64,000 nt of DNA from Paraspadella gotoi (lineage: Eukaryota; Animalia; Chaetognatha), in assembly GCA_051294375.1 (NCBI GenBank), contig CM119270.1:4332301-4396300 (forward strand). The letters are read 5' to 3'. Positions within the stretch are counted from its first letter, which is position 1; each line of letters begins with the position of its first letter. Of the stretch, positions 11,490-23,910 are shown in pieces. Position numbers and translations under genes: made by a program. The notes beneath the pieces are model-generated. The model was not told where the DNA came from and did no database searches. It saw only the letters and a list, made by a program, of their open reading frames with translations.

Positions 11490-14400
11490 TTAAGGGTCTG
11501 AAACAGATTAAAAATAAAATCCTAAGACGCACATGAAAAACTTACCTTTTTTTTGATAAAAATAATTTGGTCTGCTGTAGCTGTTGTTGTCGAGTTCATT
11601 GTTTTTGAGGGCATAGTTCATTTGTGCTTTCATCTAAAAAAACAACGTTTATTTGTTTGTTTAATTTTATTTTTTTAACCGATCGCCTTCTTTCGGCGTT
11701 CCCCTGATCTCACCCCGCTGTTCTTCTGTTTCGCGTTTTCAGTGGCGAGCACCCTCACAGTTTCTTTCATGCCGTTCAAGTCGTCCACAGTTGTTGACAG
11801 ATACCTTAAGTAGCACGAGACGTTGTTATTTTCTTCTTTTTTCAAAATTTTTAAAAAAAAATAATTCTATTCACTGACCTGATCCATTTTGTGATTTTTG
11901 CCAAAGTGGTGTTGATATTCTGCTGAGTTTCCTCGACTTTGTCCAGCTTCTGAATTCTCTCTTCTTGCATATTGACGTCATTCTGAAGTCGTTGCATCCT
12001 CATGTCCATGTTGATGATATCGCGTTTTGAATCTTCCAATTCTGAATTTGTAAATTTAAAAAAAAGGTTGACTCCTCTCCCTTAACATACCAATCACCTG
12101 ACGGAACTGACCCTGCCCCTAAAATGACAATCGATCATTGATTTCAAATTTGATTGGTCACTGAAGGATTGCTTGGCCAACTATAAACGTTATATCCTAT
12201 ATTTCTACTTTCTTACACCAAGACAAGAACAAAAGAACAGGATAGTAATTTTTATAAAAAGCGATGATTGAAAGATAGAAGTTTAGAAAGACTAACTTTG
12301 TCAAATTTGTTATCGAATAAAAATGACTAAATTATGATGAAAAAGCAAAAGGATTAACATATTTTCTTTTCGAAAATTAATTGATTCACAGAAAAATCTA
12401 CATTGCTGCAATATGTAAATGAACTTATCATACATTAAATCATAAATTAAACAATGAAATAAATGAAGAAAGCGTAATAAAACAAGAGAAGTGTTACAGT
12501 ATCTATGTGTAGTGTAATTATCGTTCGAAAATTAATTTTATATTCTTTTTGCTCTTCTTTAACAAATGGACTCACCCTGTTTCACTGCAGATTTGACGTT
12601 GTCCAAAATTTGCTTATTGAATGTGCCTCCACGAGTTGGTGGAATCGTTGGTTGAGTGTACACCTGAACAAGTGAACAAGTATTAAATTTATTTTCGATT
12701 TATTATAGATGGATGTAAAAGACTTGAAACGATAAACATTAAACAAGAAATATATCAATATAAATACACAATTGATATCCGACCACGCACTTTATGCATT
12801 TGATCGGGTTAAAACAGAAGTAAGAAACACACGTACAACCAGCGTGTAATGGTATCTCACCTCTCTGCCATATATTAACTAAAATAAATCAGTATTACGT
12901 TAATTATACTGAATTGAAATTTCGGTCAGCACAAATGCGAAACATCTTATTGTACCGCCTTTCTACCAAATAATAAGTAAAGTGGGAGCAATATTACCGG
13001 CGTTACGGTTTTTAAAAACGTACGTCGGAAACACCGACGGACAGAGGGACGAAGAGGCCAACACTGCACTGCACACCGACCAAGCAACAGACCGACGTAT
13101 TCTTACTGTGTAGGTTCTCCTGGTGGTCGGAGGACGAGTGGTGGTCGTTCTCCTCCTAGTTGTGGTTGTGGTGGTGGTGGTGGTGGTCGGTCGTGGAGTG
13201 GTCTCTGAGATGAGAGAAGGAAAAAATTGAAAAATTGAAGCTTAAACCACCAAAGACTGTCCAAGACAGAAAACTGATTCCCAATATCAATACCCCAGGA
13301 AAGCCTTCTGATCTTTTTCTTGGACGATCTTTGGCCATTTTACAAAATTTCTTTTTCTATATCTCCCGTTTCTGTCTTTTGCATTTTCTCTTTTTTTTTT
13401 TTCATCATTCAATTTACGTCTCATTTATTTTTCTACCTTCGAAAGACAATGTGTTAACGAACGTAAAGAGAGTTAAAGACGTTTGTCAAATATACGTATT
13501 TAAATTGTTTTTATTATACTCATAATTTTCCATTTTGTCTTTCCATTTTCATGTCATCCCTTTCACAATTAATTTATTTTTAAATTATCGCGGTATTTTA
13601 TAATATTCATTATTCATGTGCTTTTTATGTCATATTATGTCATACAGACCCGATTTGGTAGTTTTCGCTTTGGATTTGATGACTTTGCAATAACTCCAGG
13701 TATTTTTGCTAGTATCGGCCCAGCACCACATGTAATTCATTCCGTGTTTTCCACACGCACTCTCCGGCGCGCAGCAGTAATCCCAATCACCACTGGTTAC
13801 AAAAAAAAGCGCAGAAATTTATTGTTAGTCACTTTCATATATTGTTAGTACACCCACAAGGTTTAGAATTTTTTTTTTATTCAAATAACCGAAATAATTC
13901 GTTTAAGATTTACGTTTTATAAAAAAGAAGATGTTTTTTAAAAAATCATTTATTAGTGTTTATTAGTTTTTACTTTTGTAAAATTAATAAAAAATATGGA
14001 TTAGTTTTTTTATTCTTGAAACATGGAAAATTCGTTTTTATTTTTAAACAAAAAATAATTTTGTTGATAGCGAGTTTAGCTCAATATTAATGAAGGTAAA
14101 TTAATTTTGCGAAGTTAGTGAATAAAAGGTCGAGATACAATCTCTGATAAAAAAAAAACCTCTTGGAATCTCCCCCAATCAACAAAAGTATTTTTTGTCC
14201 AAATAATTTATAAGTTTTTCCGATGAAAGCAAATTTAAAAAAAAAAATTACAAATTATATAGCACCTTGTGAAGTGTAGTTGAATGCAGTCAAATTGAGC
14301 ACACATTTATTCAATAGAAAGTAATGTTATTGCAAACTTCTAAAAACTACTACACGATACACACGACTTCTTATTATATATCTTCGATCCTGAGTAGTTT

Positions 14401-15188
14401 TGTTTGGAAGAATTTTTTGGTTAGTTTTCTCTTCTTTTTATGATTCGTTATTTCGATTCTATAGCAGGAAACTACGAATAGATTACTGAAGTGAACACAA
14501 TACAGGAAAATGTTGTCTCATGACATGACGTTTTAACTTCCTGACAAACATTTGAATCTAGCTTTTTTTTTTCCCTACCTCGGCCTCAAGTTGAAAGAAT
14601 ATCTATGTCTTCTTCTTAAAGCTTCACAATATATTCACAGAACTCGATGAATTCTAACTCCCAAATTCAAAATCACGATTTTAAAACATATAAACAAAAC
14701 AAAACCAAGTAAAAACAAAATGAAACCCAGGATCGCATGCAAAACCCTCGATTTCAAATCAGACGAAAAAAAAAAAAATCCCCACGAAATATCAAGTGAA
14801 CATGACGTTTTATAGATAACGTTATTTACATTATTAACGATTGTCGATAGCACAATATGACGTGAGCGAAAAAAACGCTTCGGTCTAATGACACTTTTTT
14901 GGGGCATCGGCATGATGCCGTGATGCTGCAATGACAAATGCTCCGTCAACGAAGAGAGATTTTAGGCTCAGTTTTTAAAAAAAATCTTTAAGAAAAAAAT
15001 GTTTAAACTATTAAAGGTACAACGAAAAGTACGTTTGTAAGATATTTTGTTTATTTTTATGAACAAACTTTAAATTTCAGCTCAACATTCAACTTACTTA
15101 ATTACTTAATTACCTACTTAATTACTTAATTGCCTAATTACCTACTTACTTACTTACTTACTTAGCTAATTACTTAATTATATGAATG

Positions 15189-15221
<33 letters not shown>

Positions 15222-16384
15222 GAATTATATGAATGTTACTGACTTACTTAATTATATGAATGTTTTTTGGGCTGACGAAGCGAATTCTTACAAACGTAAC
15301 TCTTCGTTAATCTTAGCATTAAATTAATTAATACTTCTCCCTTCGTTGCGCGAGGGCATTTCACAATAATGCTATATAAACCATGAGATAGACTCGAGTG
15401 CGGTTATTCGGTTCTATTATTAATCTGCTCGTGGATCGAAGATATCCGTAGACTAAAAAATTACATTAGTATTGATTATGTCATAAAGGTATTTATTTTT
15501 TAGGTTTGTTCGTTACCCGTTCCTATAGACGTGGGGGGAGGGCAGGGGGGCGGAGGGGAAATGGGGATGGAATGAAGGAATGAAAAAAAAAATCGTGAAA
15601 ACGGAAAAAAAAAAAAAAACTGTGTCGAGTTTGTGCTGACGAATCAACGGAGGTGAAAGTTAACGACAAAACGCGCGGAATTTTAAAAAAAAATTGATCT
15701 TTAGAGATTTTCTTTGCGAAGAAATTAAATATCGATTTTTATGTTTATTTTTAATTTTTTATTTTTTATTATACGCGCCGGTGTTCATCGTTAGTTCGAG
15801 TGCGTGCGTTGCGTAACGACGAAGCTACTATTTCTATGTTACAAACTATCTAATTGACAGTTTTTTTTTAGTCGATATTTTTAGTAATACACTGATATTT
15901 TTAGCGGTAACTAAAACAAAGGAACGTTTTGTGGAAAAAAAAAGATCCGTGGGGGGGGGTGAAGGACTAAAAAGGTGGCGTGGGAGATTAATTGCGTCGG
16001 TGAAATTGTGACAGATGGAAGCGATTGTTGCTCGACGGAGAAAATGGAGAAAAGAGGCCGATTGCAAAAAAATGTTCAAAACGGATGTGAAAGGAGGACT
16101 GGAATGAAATCGCGCATTTTTGTCTGAAAATCAGGGCCTCGTAGAAATTATATTTGAAAAAAAAATACGCATATGGCTTAGTTCTATAACTTGAGGAAGC
16201 GTAACGCTGCGTTTTTAGTTAAAATTGAAAAGAAAAATTAAATTAAAGGAAAGCAAGAAAAGTTATAACCATTATTTAATTATTAGTTGGTTCATTCCGT
16301 ATGATTGATTTCAAGGAATTTATTTTTGGTTCGAGCGAATTTTTTAAATGAACGGCTTTATAGTCATTGCGCGAAATATTCCAG

Positions 16385-16427
<43 letters not shown>

Positions 16428-16619
16428 ATGCGAACAAAGGTGTGACGACGATGGGAAAAAATGGATGAAAAAAGAGGAAGAAAGGATTAGAAAGAAGAAA
16501 AGAAAAGAAACGGGGTTACCTGTAGGATGTCCAGCACCAGTAGTAGGTTTGACCATATTTACCGCAGGGAAATCCCTGGCGGCAACTGTTACCAGTGGCT
16601 GTTACACGGGATTGGTCAG
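11490..16619 (-). CDS. Multi-exon gene: two Cys/Trp modules (C..C....Y.WC......W.YC), Thr-rich mucin-like stalk, coiled-coil C-terminus; first exon unresolved
   Basis: Exons 16619-16520, 13792-13650, 13204-13107, 12663-12576, 12041-11879, 11804-11714, 11633-11546 and 11497-11490 are all AG/GT and phase-consistent. Translation: (A)DQSRVTATGNSCRQGFPCGKYGQTYYWCWTSYSGDWDYCCAPESACGKHGMNYMWCWADTSKNTWSYCK...ETTPRPTTTTTTTTTTRRRTTTTRPP...KQELEDSKRDIINMDMRMQRLQNDVNMQEERIQKLDKVEETQQNINTTLAKITKWIRYLSTTVDDLNGMKETVRVLATEN...SRPNYFYQKKDP*. Confidence 0.85.
14930..15368. mobile_element. Degenerate foldback/MITE-like element with a central (TTAC)n/(TAATTAC)n microsatellite
   Basis: Nested inverted matches: CAACGAAGAGAG (14947) with CTCCCTTCGTTG (15337-15348); AACGAAAAGTACGTTTGTAAGA (about 15021) with TCTTACAAACGTAACTCTTCGTT (about 15286); TCAGCTCAACATTCA with TGAATGTTTTTTGGGCTGA. 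Confidence 0.45.
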
Positions 16620-16952
16620 CTGATAAGAGAAGAGGGAGGGAAACGGTGAAGATTAAAAAGTGAACATAGTTGGTTTTTTTTGTTGGATCGACTAAAAGAT
16701 TACAAAGGAAAACAATCATAACAAACATAACATAACATAACGTAACTAGTTATGTTATGTTGCGTAGTATCACTCTCTTTATCTTTAATATTTCTTTATT
16801 AAATTATCAGTTTTAAACATAAATGTCCGAGGCGTGAGAGAAAGCGCTCATCTTTGGACTCGGCCATGGGCAGGAAACGCTTATCATTGCTGACAACCGT
16901 AGTGGTTTTATTGTCGTAGGATGCGTTTTCTAATCATCGTCATCCTCATTTC

Positions 16953-16987
<35 letters not shown>

Positions 16988-17190
16988 CTCTCTTCTCTCT
17001 CTCTCTCTCTCTCTCTCTTCTCCCAATTCACAAAATAGGACAACAACAACAACAACAACGACAACAATCCCAACCGCATCCCTTTTCGAATCTCCGCCTT
17101 TTTTTTGTTCTCAAAATCTCTTCAGTTTTACTCTTCGCATAAATTTCTTATTGTGTTTTGGAGGCCGATGAAAAGAAGGGGCTTTTGAGG

Positions 17191-17280
<90 letters not shown>

Positions 17281-17964
17281 CGAGAGAGAGAGAGAGCAGA
17301 GCGATAGAGCGTTAATACAAGATGCCACACGCTGTGGTGTGTCCTGTGATTGATTAGAATTTTTCTCAATTACGATGTCGACGACGACGACGACGACGAC
17401 GTCAGTATGAACGATTCTCATAATTCATGTCTTTTTTTAATTGGGATTTAATTCTCAATTACAAGCTACAGACCTTCTCGATTATAACGTATCGTTTTTC
17501 TTCTTTTTAAAACAGGCGTTTGTATCAATGTTTTCTTTTACGCCTTAACAAACAAATTTGCTAACTATTTCACGGCCGTAAACCTTCTTGGGGGCCAGAT
17601 AACCTCCAGGCTTCGTTCCAGGTCCCAGGTCCAGGTCCAGGACCCCTTCCGTTGTTTGCAAAGAAGTTAAAGATAGTTATCTTCCGACAAGCTCATCCTG
17701 GACATAATCTCTCTGCCCACTAAAAGGCCAGTTAAAGAATTGGAAAGTCTGTTACATCCGCAGTGCAGAACCTATTTGTAAATTTGTCTTGTCAGTGGCA
17801 AGCCTCGTAATGTATGAATCTAGTCAAAGCATAGGGTCTATCTAGCTTAAAGATATAAACTTTATGAACTACCTGGAATTATGTTTCCCCCCCCCAAAAA
17901 AAAAAAATTTCCGTATCTTCATCTTAAATTTATTTACATTGAATTTTCTTTTAAACTTTTTCCA

Positions 17965-19205
17965 TCAACCTCTTTGAAAAGAAAATGGTGGTAATCTGAA
18001 CGGCCGGAACGTAAAAGGTCGGAACGTAAAAGGTCGGAACGTAAAAGGTCGGAATGTAAAAGGTCGGAGCGTAAAAGGTCGGAACGTAAAAGGTCGGAGC
18101 GTATAAGGTCGAAATGTAAAAGGCCGTATTGTGAATGGTCTAAAGGTAAAAGGTGGAAGTGTGAAAGGTCGAAAAGAGAATCTTCCCAATCTTCCAAGCC
18201 GCGCACGTCCGCTTCTCGTATCAAGTTCACCTGAAATAATTACATTTTATTTAAGTTCGCAGGGTTATTATTAATTTTTTCATTAATTATTTAATTATCA
18301 CATTCAATTTCATTCAAGTCGTAATATAATATTCGGGGCCATTGTTGGAATGACTGATCGCTTTAATTGTTATTAATGTCTATGGTTACGTAGCTAAATT
18401 CATTAATCAATATATCAATTTATTGAAGTTACCTCCGTCTGTTTGAGAAGGAGCTTTCGTCTGTTCCATTGAAAAACTTCTTCCTGAAAATGTCAATTTC
18501 ATCAAAGAGAATTCATAACAAAATTTACAAATTCTGTTAAATTGGTAGAAACAATATAAAATTAACCATTTAAACAACAAAATAGCCATTTTGCTCCTTA
18601 CGTTAGAAGATATTAACATAATCCTGCAAACTTTTAGACTCCTTCAGACTCTATTTTATTCACTGTCAGAGTACCAGTAGTATAATGTTTTATGAATTTA
18701 AAAAAATGAACACAACCTTTTACAAATAATAAGAAAAAAGTTATATATATTTGAATTTTAATAATTATCACCCCATTTTTGTACTGTAACACGATTATAA
18801 TGTATTTCGAGGAGTAGAAATATAGTTACTTGTTTCAATTTCCAAAGGTCTAGTTGTTTCTACCGTCGGTCCAATCGTGGGAGCGCCTGAATATTTTATG
18901 CAAAAATAATTAGTTAATTAGTCATGTGACAAGCAAGCAAACATACGTGAATATAATTATCGTACAATATACCAGATAATTTAAAAAAATGATTATCATT
19001 TTAAAAGCTATGAATTAAAGTTAATAGAGTTGAATTCATTAACTTTAATGAAAGTCACAGAATCTCGGATTACTATCAAATTCTTTAAATGAAAAATTAC
19101 ATTATTTTAATTATAAAAAAAACCACGGCTCAAGTCAAAAATCTTACCGTGACATCTAGCGGCCATCACCGCAGCGATGAAAATGACGTTCGGGAAAAAC
19201 TTCAT
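17965..19205 (-). CDS. Secreted 143-aa precursor: signal peptide, Thr/Glu-rich pro-region, 13 x (R/P)P(F/Y)(T/R/S)(F/L/I) repeats, C-terminal Gly
   Basis: Exons 19205-19148, 18886-18830, 18483-18433 and 18230-17965 are joined by phase-1 GT-AG introns. Translation: MKFFPNVIFIAAVMAARCHG APTIGPTVETTRPLEIETRRSFSMEQTKAPSQTDGGELDTRSGRARLGRLGRFSF(RPFTL PPFTF RPFTI RPFTF RPYTL RPFTF RPFTL RPFTF RPFTF RPFTF RPFTF RPFRL PPFSF)QRG*. An AATAAA lies about 30 nt after the stop (17934-17929). Confidence 0.85.
17975..18171 (-). repeat. Coding 15-bp tandem repeat (+ strand consensus GAACGTAAAAGGTCG), 13 units
   Basis: Directly visible. Variation between units is largely synonymous in the RPFTF frame. Confidence 0.95.
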
Positions 19206-21067
19206 TTTTAAAATGAATTCGTTTGCAAAAACCAAAGATGTTTGCGGAATTTTCGCGTTGATATAAAATTTGTAAAATCGATTCTCTTTTTATATATTCG
19301 CTCTTCGTTTAACTAAGCAAACAAAGCTCGCCCCAACCTCTATCTCTCTCTCTCTCTCTCCGTCTTTCGAGGAACTTGTTTTTCTCAAATTTCACTTCCA
19401 GGATGTTTAACTTATTCAGATGCTTCAAATAAATGAAACACATGAATAAAAAAACAAACAAGAAAACGAGGAACTTCTTCCATTGAGATTTGAAATGCTA
19501 TTTCTCGATTATTTTCTTTCTTTTCATCGAGAAAATTCATTGCTTCTTCAACGTCGCTCATTTTCAAAAATAAATAAAAAAATAAATGTATTAAATACGA
19601 AACGGACACCATTCCCTCGTACTAATATAGACTTGAAGTATAGAGACTGGGATAAATATTTAATAAAAACCAATAAAATTAATTTTTGTTAAAAAAATGC
19701 GAGGGCGAAAAAAAAGTATGGTGGCTGCTGCGATGGGCTCTGCAACGGCTGAGGCTGCGCTGCGGCGTCTGCTTCGCCCTCGCGCCGTAAACTTGAGAGA
19801 TGATCGGAATATTAGCTTTTTTTAAAAAGGCGAATGCTTAAAAAAAAAAAAGAAAGAAAAAATGATGGGCGAGAGAGAGAGAGAGAGACAAAATGCAATA
19901 GAAAAAAGGGGGAGAGAAAAAAAAGACAGAGAGAGAGAGACAGACAGACGAATGATAATACCTCTTTATCGTTTGAACGAATTAAAAAAAGCGATATTTA
20001 TATTTAAATCGTTTATATCGTCATCTACATCGGCGGCCATTTTGTTCCCCCCTCTCTCTTCCGCTCAACGCGCCGCCTTCCGGCCGTTAATTCCTACCGG
20101 GCGTTTTGAAGGAAAATTAACAAAAGATCAACAAGACGTAAAAAATATAAGTTTGGGGAGACTAAAGGGGGAGCGAGAGAAAAAAAAAAGACGAAATAAT
20201 TAAAAATGAAAAAAAAATGAATGAGTGAACCGTTAATGAGGGACGTTGAGAGGAGCGGAGGAGCGAGGAGAGGAAGCGGCATCCGGAAGGAAGTGTGGAT
20301 GTGAAAGTGGGCGGAGTTGGGTGTGGTCCGAGGATTACGGGGGCGGAAGTGGCCCGTTGGCGCGGGTGGGCGTGGGCGGAAATGGGAGCAAAATGAGATG
20401 AAATAGGAAAAGATGTGAATAGGCTGAAGGAGGTAAGGAATTGAGAGGAGGACGGCTAAAGTGAAAAAAAGGAAAGTAGAGGAAAGTAGGAGAAAAGAAG
20501 GAAAGTAAGAAGAAGAGGAAGGAGAAGAAGAAGAGCAAGAAATAGGAGAAAAGTAAGGAAAGTGTAGAAAGAAGGAAAGTAGAGGAAAGTAGGAGAAAAG
20601 AAAGATGGACTAACAAACCGATGGAACCGACCGACTGAACCGACCGACTGACCGCGACCGACTGACGTGACGACACTGACCGACGACTTGACCTGAACGA
20701 CTGACGCGACCGAGAACACAGAGAAGGTTGCTTCTCGAGAAATCGTGGCGCAAGTACGCTGGTTCCGATTCGGGGCGGATCTTAAAAGGGGGAAAGTCAC
20801 GTTTTTGGTCCATCAGACTAAAAAATCGTTGGGCAACTGGACCAGGCCGATCGACGTCGTCGTCATCATCATCTTTGTCGTCATCATCATCATCGTCGTT
20901 GTCGTCATCGTCGTTGTCGTCGTATTCTTACTCTTACGATGCAATTATTTACTTTCATCGCTGAGCTTAAAAGAAATTTCTGATGATGAATTTTTGAAAT
21001 ACTTCGTGAAATACAGAAAGTTTTCTAAGTGGAGAATCGTATTTTATGGCCATTCGTCCCTTCATTA

Positions 21068-21171
<104 letters not shown>

Positions 21172-21562
21172 CGTGGAGCCAGTCTCGATTACCGAGGGCG
21201 TGGTCCAGATGTAGTCTAGCGAAAATAATTACTAAGTTGCCTCGCAAAGTTCTTATCATTTGAAACAAATTTAAAAATTAATACACATGGAATGAGACAA
21301 AAATAAAATCTATAAAAAGATAGAAAGGTAATAAAAAAAAGTTGGAAATAAACGTAATAAAAAGGAAAAAAAAGGGAAAAAGAGGAAATCTGAGGAAAAA
21401 AATCCTGAATAGGAAACAAAAAAAAAAGGAAAGACCATCTGGTCATAGTCGGGGGTTGAGGCGAAGCCGTCGGCCCTCTAGTGTGAATATCGAGTTTCCC
21501 GCTAAATTGGAAACAAGAGGCGAACGTCAGAAGATGTGAACAATCGGGCGTTCATGCTTGAC

Positions 21563-22755
21563 TAAGTTGGTGGAAACAAAAACCTATTTCTCTTTTGCCG
21601 TAGATTCTCATATTTGCTTTATCTGTAAAGAAAATATTTCCATTACGTAAATATTGTTATCAAATGGATTTTTTAGAATCAGTTTTGGTCAGGTTTCTGA
21701 TGTCTTGTTTGTTATCATTATTTCTTTTATATTTAAATAGAAAAAAAAAAACCTTTAAAGCAAAAACGTTTTCATTTACTTTGACTGAATTGTACACAAT
21801 ATATTATAGATAACGACTTATAGTAGTAGCAGTAGTAGTACTACAAATACCAAATTTGACGACAGATCGCAAAAGTTGAATAAAGAATCCTTTCACCTCG
21901 CTCCAAGATTTTCGTTGTGAATACTAAAAAAACAAATGAGCAATCGGCGCTGAGGGCGACGAAGCCAACGACCTCTCGGAGAAATGAGATGAATGACACG
22001 ACCAAATGGTAAATGAACGATGAACGAAAGATAAATCGAAGAATGAACGACCGGAGAATGAATTGACGAATTTCAATCTAGTTAATTGACGCGCGAGGAG
22101 AGCGATTTCGATACTATGAATCTGAAATGAGTTAAATTAAATTGAAAGAAAAATTAATAATACTGAAATGCCGATATGAATTTAGAATCTCGTTCGAGAG
22201 TCGCGTTGGCTCGGATCGTTCAAACCAGATAGATATCGGTCGAGTCGAAGCTCATTCTTTATTTTCCTCTGTTTTTTTTTATCTTTCGTAAATAAAGACT
22301 CGGGTTGATTTTCCGTCATTCGATTTTGTGGTCAATTGATTCCGTCCAGAAATTCCGATACTAAATTCGAGGAGATTAAACCGAAGTTAAGAAAATTCAA
22401 AAATTATTTCTAAAGATTTTTTAAAAAAATATTCGTTAAAAAAGTTTAAAAGTACGAAAAAATGAAATGGAAAAAAAACTTGTTTTCAATATTTCATTTT
22501 TTCTTTACGGTTTCGATGTACCACAATACTTAATATCTTTCCTTATAAATTTAAATTTTACCTTTGATCGATTTTATTTCTTTATTATTTGTTGTACTAA
22601 TGTTTCTGTCGTCACTGCCATTCGCCTCTCTGTTTCGATTTCATATAATGTGTTCTTTTTTTGGGGGGGGGGTGTTTGTGATTCCTTTTTTTTTTTTTGC
22701 TTTTTTTATTTCATGTTGTTTCGATTTTTAGTGAATTCGATTTCCGTCAATCCCG

Positions 22756-22822
<67 letters not shown>

Positions 22823-23119
22823 TCTATGGTTTTTCTTTTTCAATGCGATTTTTCTTACCGACTTTTTTTTTTATTCGTCCGTTGCGTCGCCTCGCGGAGA
22901 TTCCATTTCCGCTGCTCCTTTGTTTGTTTATGTCGAGTTGTTTACAAACGATTTCGCGTAAATGAGGCGCTTAGGGACGACGACGATGAAGAAACAAACG
23001 ACAACAACAACAACAACGACGACAACGAATGAAGTAAAAGGCGCAAAACAACAACAACAACAACAACACGAAATGAATCCAATTTGGCGAAAGAAACGAA
23101 ACTGGGCGGAATGAAGCTA

Positions 23120-23152
<33 letters not shown>

Positions 23153-23177
23153 NNNNNNNNNNNNNNNNNNNNNNNNN

Positions 23178-23209
<32 letters not shown>

Positions 23210-23570
23210 AGAGGAGAGAGAGAGAAGGAGAGAGAGTAAGAGAGAGAGAGAGAGAGAGATGAGAGATAGATATGAAATATTAAAATAGAGAATCTGTCGT
23301 GTTTGGGGCCATAATAGGCGGGGAGAAAATTCTCCAGCCAAGGATATGAACTTCTAAAAAATATTTTGTGCTTCATGGGGAAAGGGGAAAAGAGAGAGAG
23401 AGAAGTGAGAGAGAGAGAGAGAGATAGATAGAGAGAGAGAGAAGAGAGAGAGAGAAGAGAGAAGAGAGAGGAGATGAGAGAGAGGAGAGAGGAGAGAGAG
23501 AGAGAGAGAGAGAGAGCGCTAGCTTCATTCCGCCCAGTTCGTTTACTTTCGCCAAATTGGATTCATTTCG

Positions 23571-23608
<38 letters not shown>

Positions 23609-23858
23609 TGCGCCATTTACTTCATTCGTTGTCTGTCGTCGTTGTTGTTGTTGTCGTTTGCTTCTTTATCGTCGTCGTCCGTAAGCGCCCTCATTTTTAC
23701 GCGAAATTCGTTTGTAAAACAACTCGACATAAACAACAAGGAGCAGCGAATGGAATCTCGCGCGAGGCGACGCAACGTGCGAATAAAAAAAAAAGTCGGT
23801 AAGAAAATTCGCATTGAAAAAAGGAAAAACCATTAGGATGGAATTGGAAAGACGAGAG

Positions 23859-23910
<52 letters not shown>

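Noticed and set aside
17570-17775. Extra exon between the RPFTF and Cys/Trp genes
   Set aside because: Every candidate acceptor tested gives a stop codon in the required phase-1 frame.
17934-18230. Alternative DLLRS-repeat frame (98-aa ORF)
   Set aside because: The upstream phase-1 splice junction selects the RPFTF frame, where repeat variation is mostly synonymous.
20610-20830. Helentron/DINE-like elements suggested by (GACC/GTCG)n tracts (also about 28270, 34020 and 47360)
   Set aside because: Subterminal inverted repeats and 3' hairpins could not be delimited.
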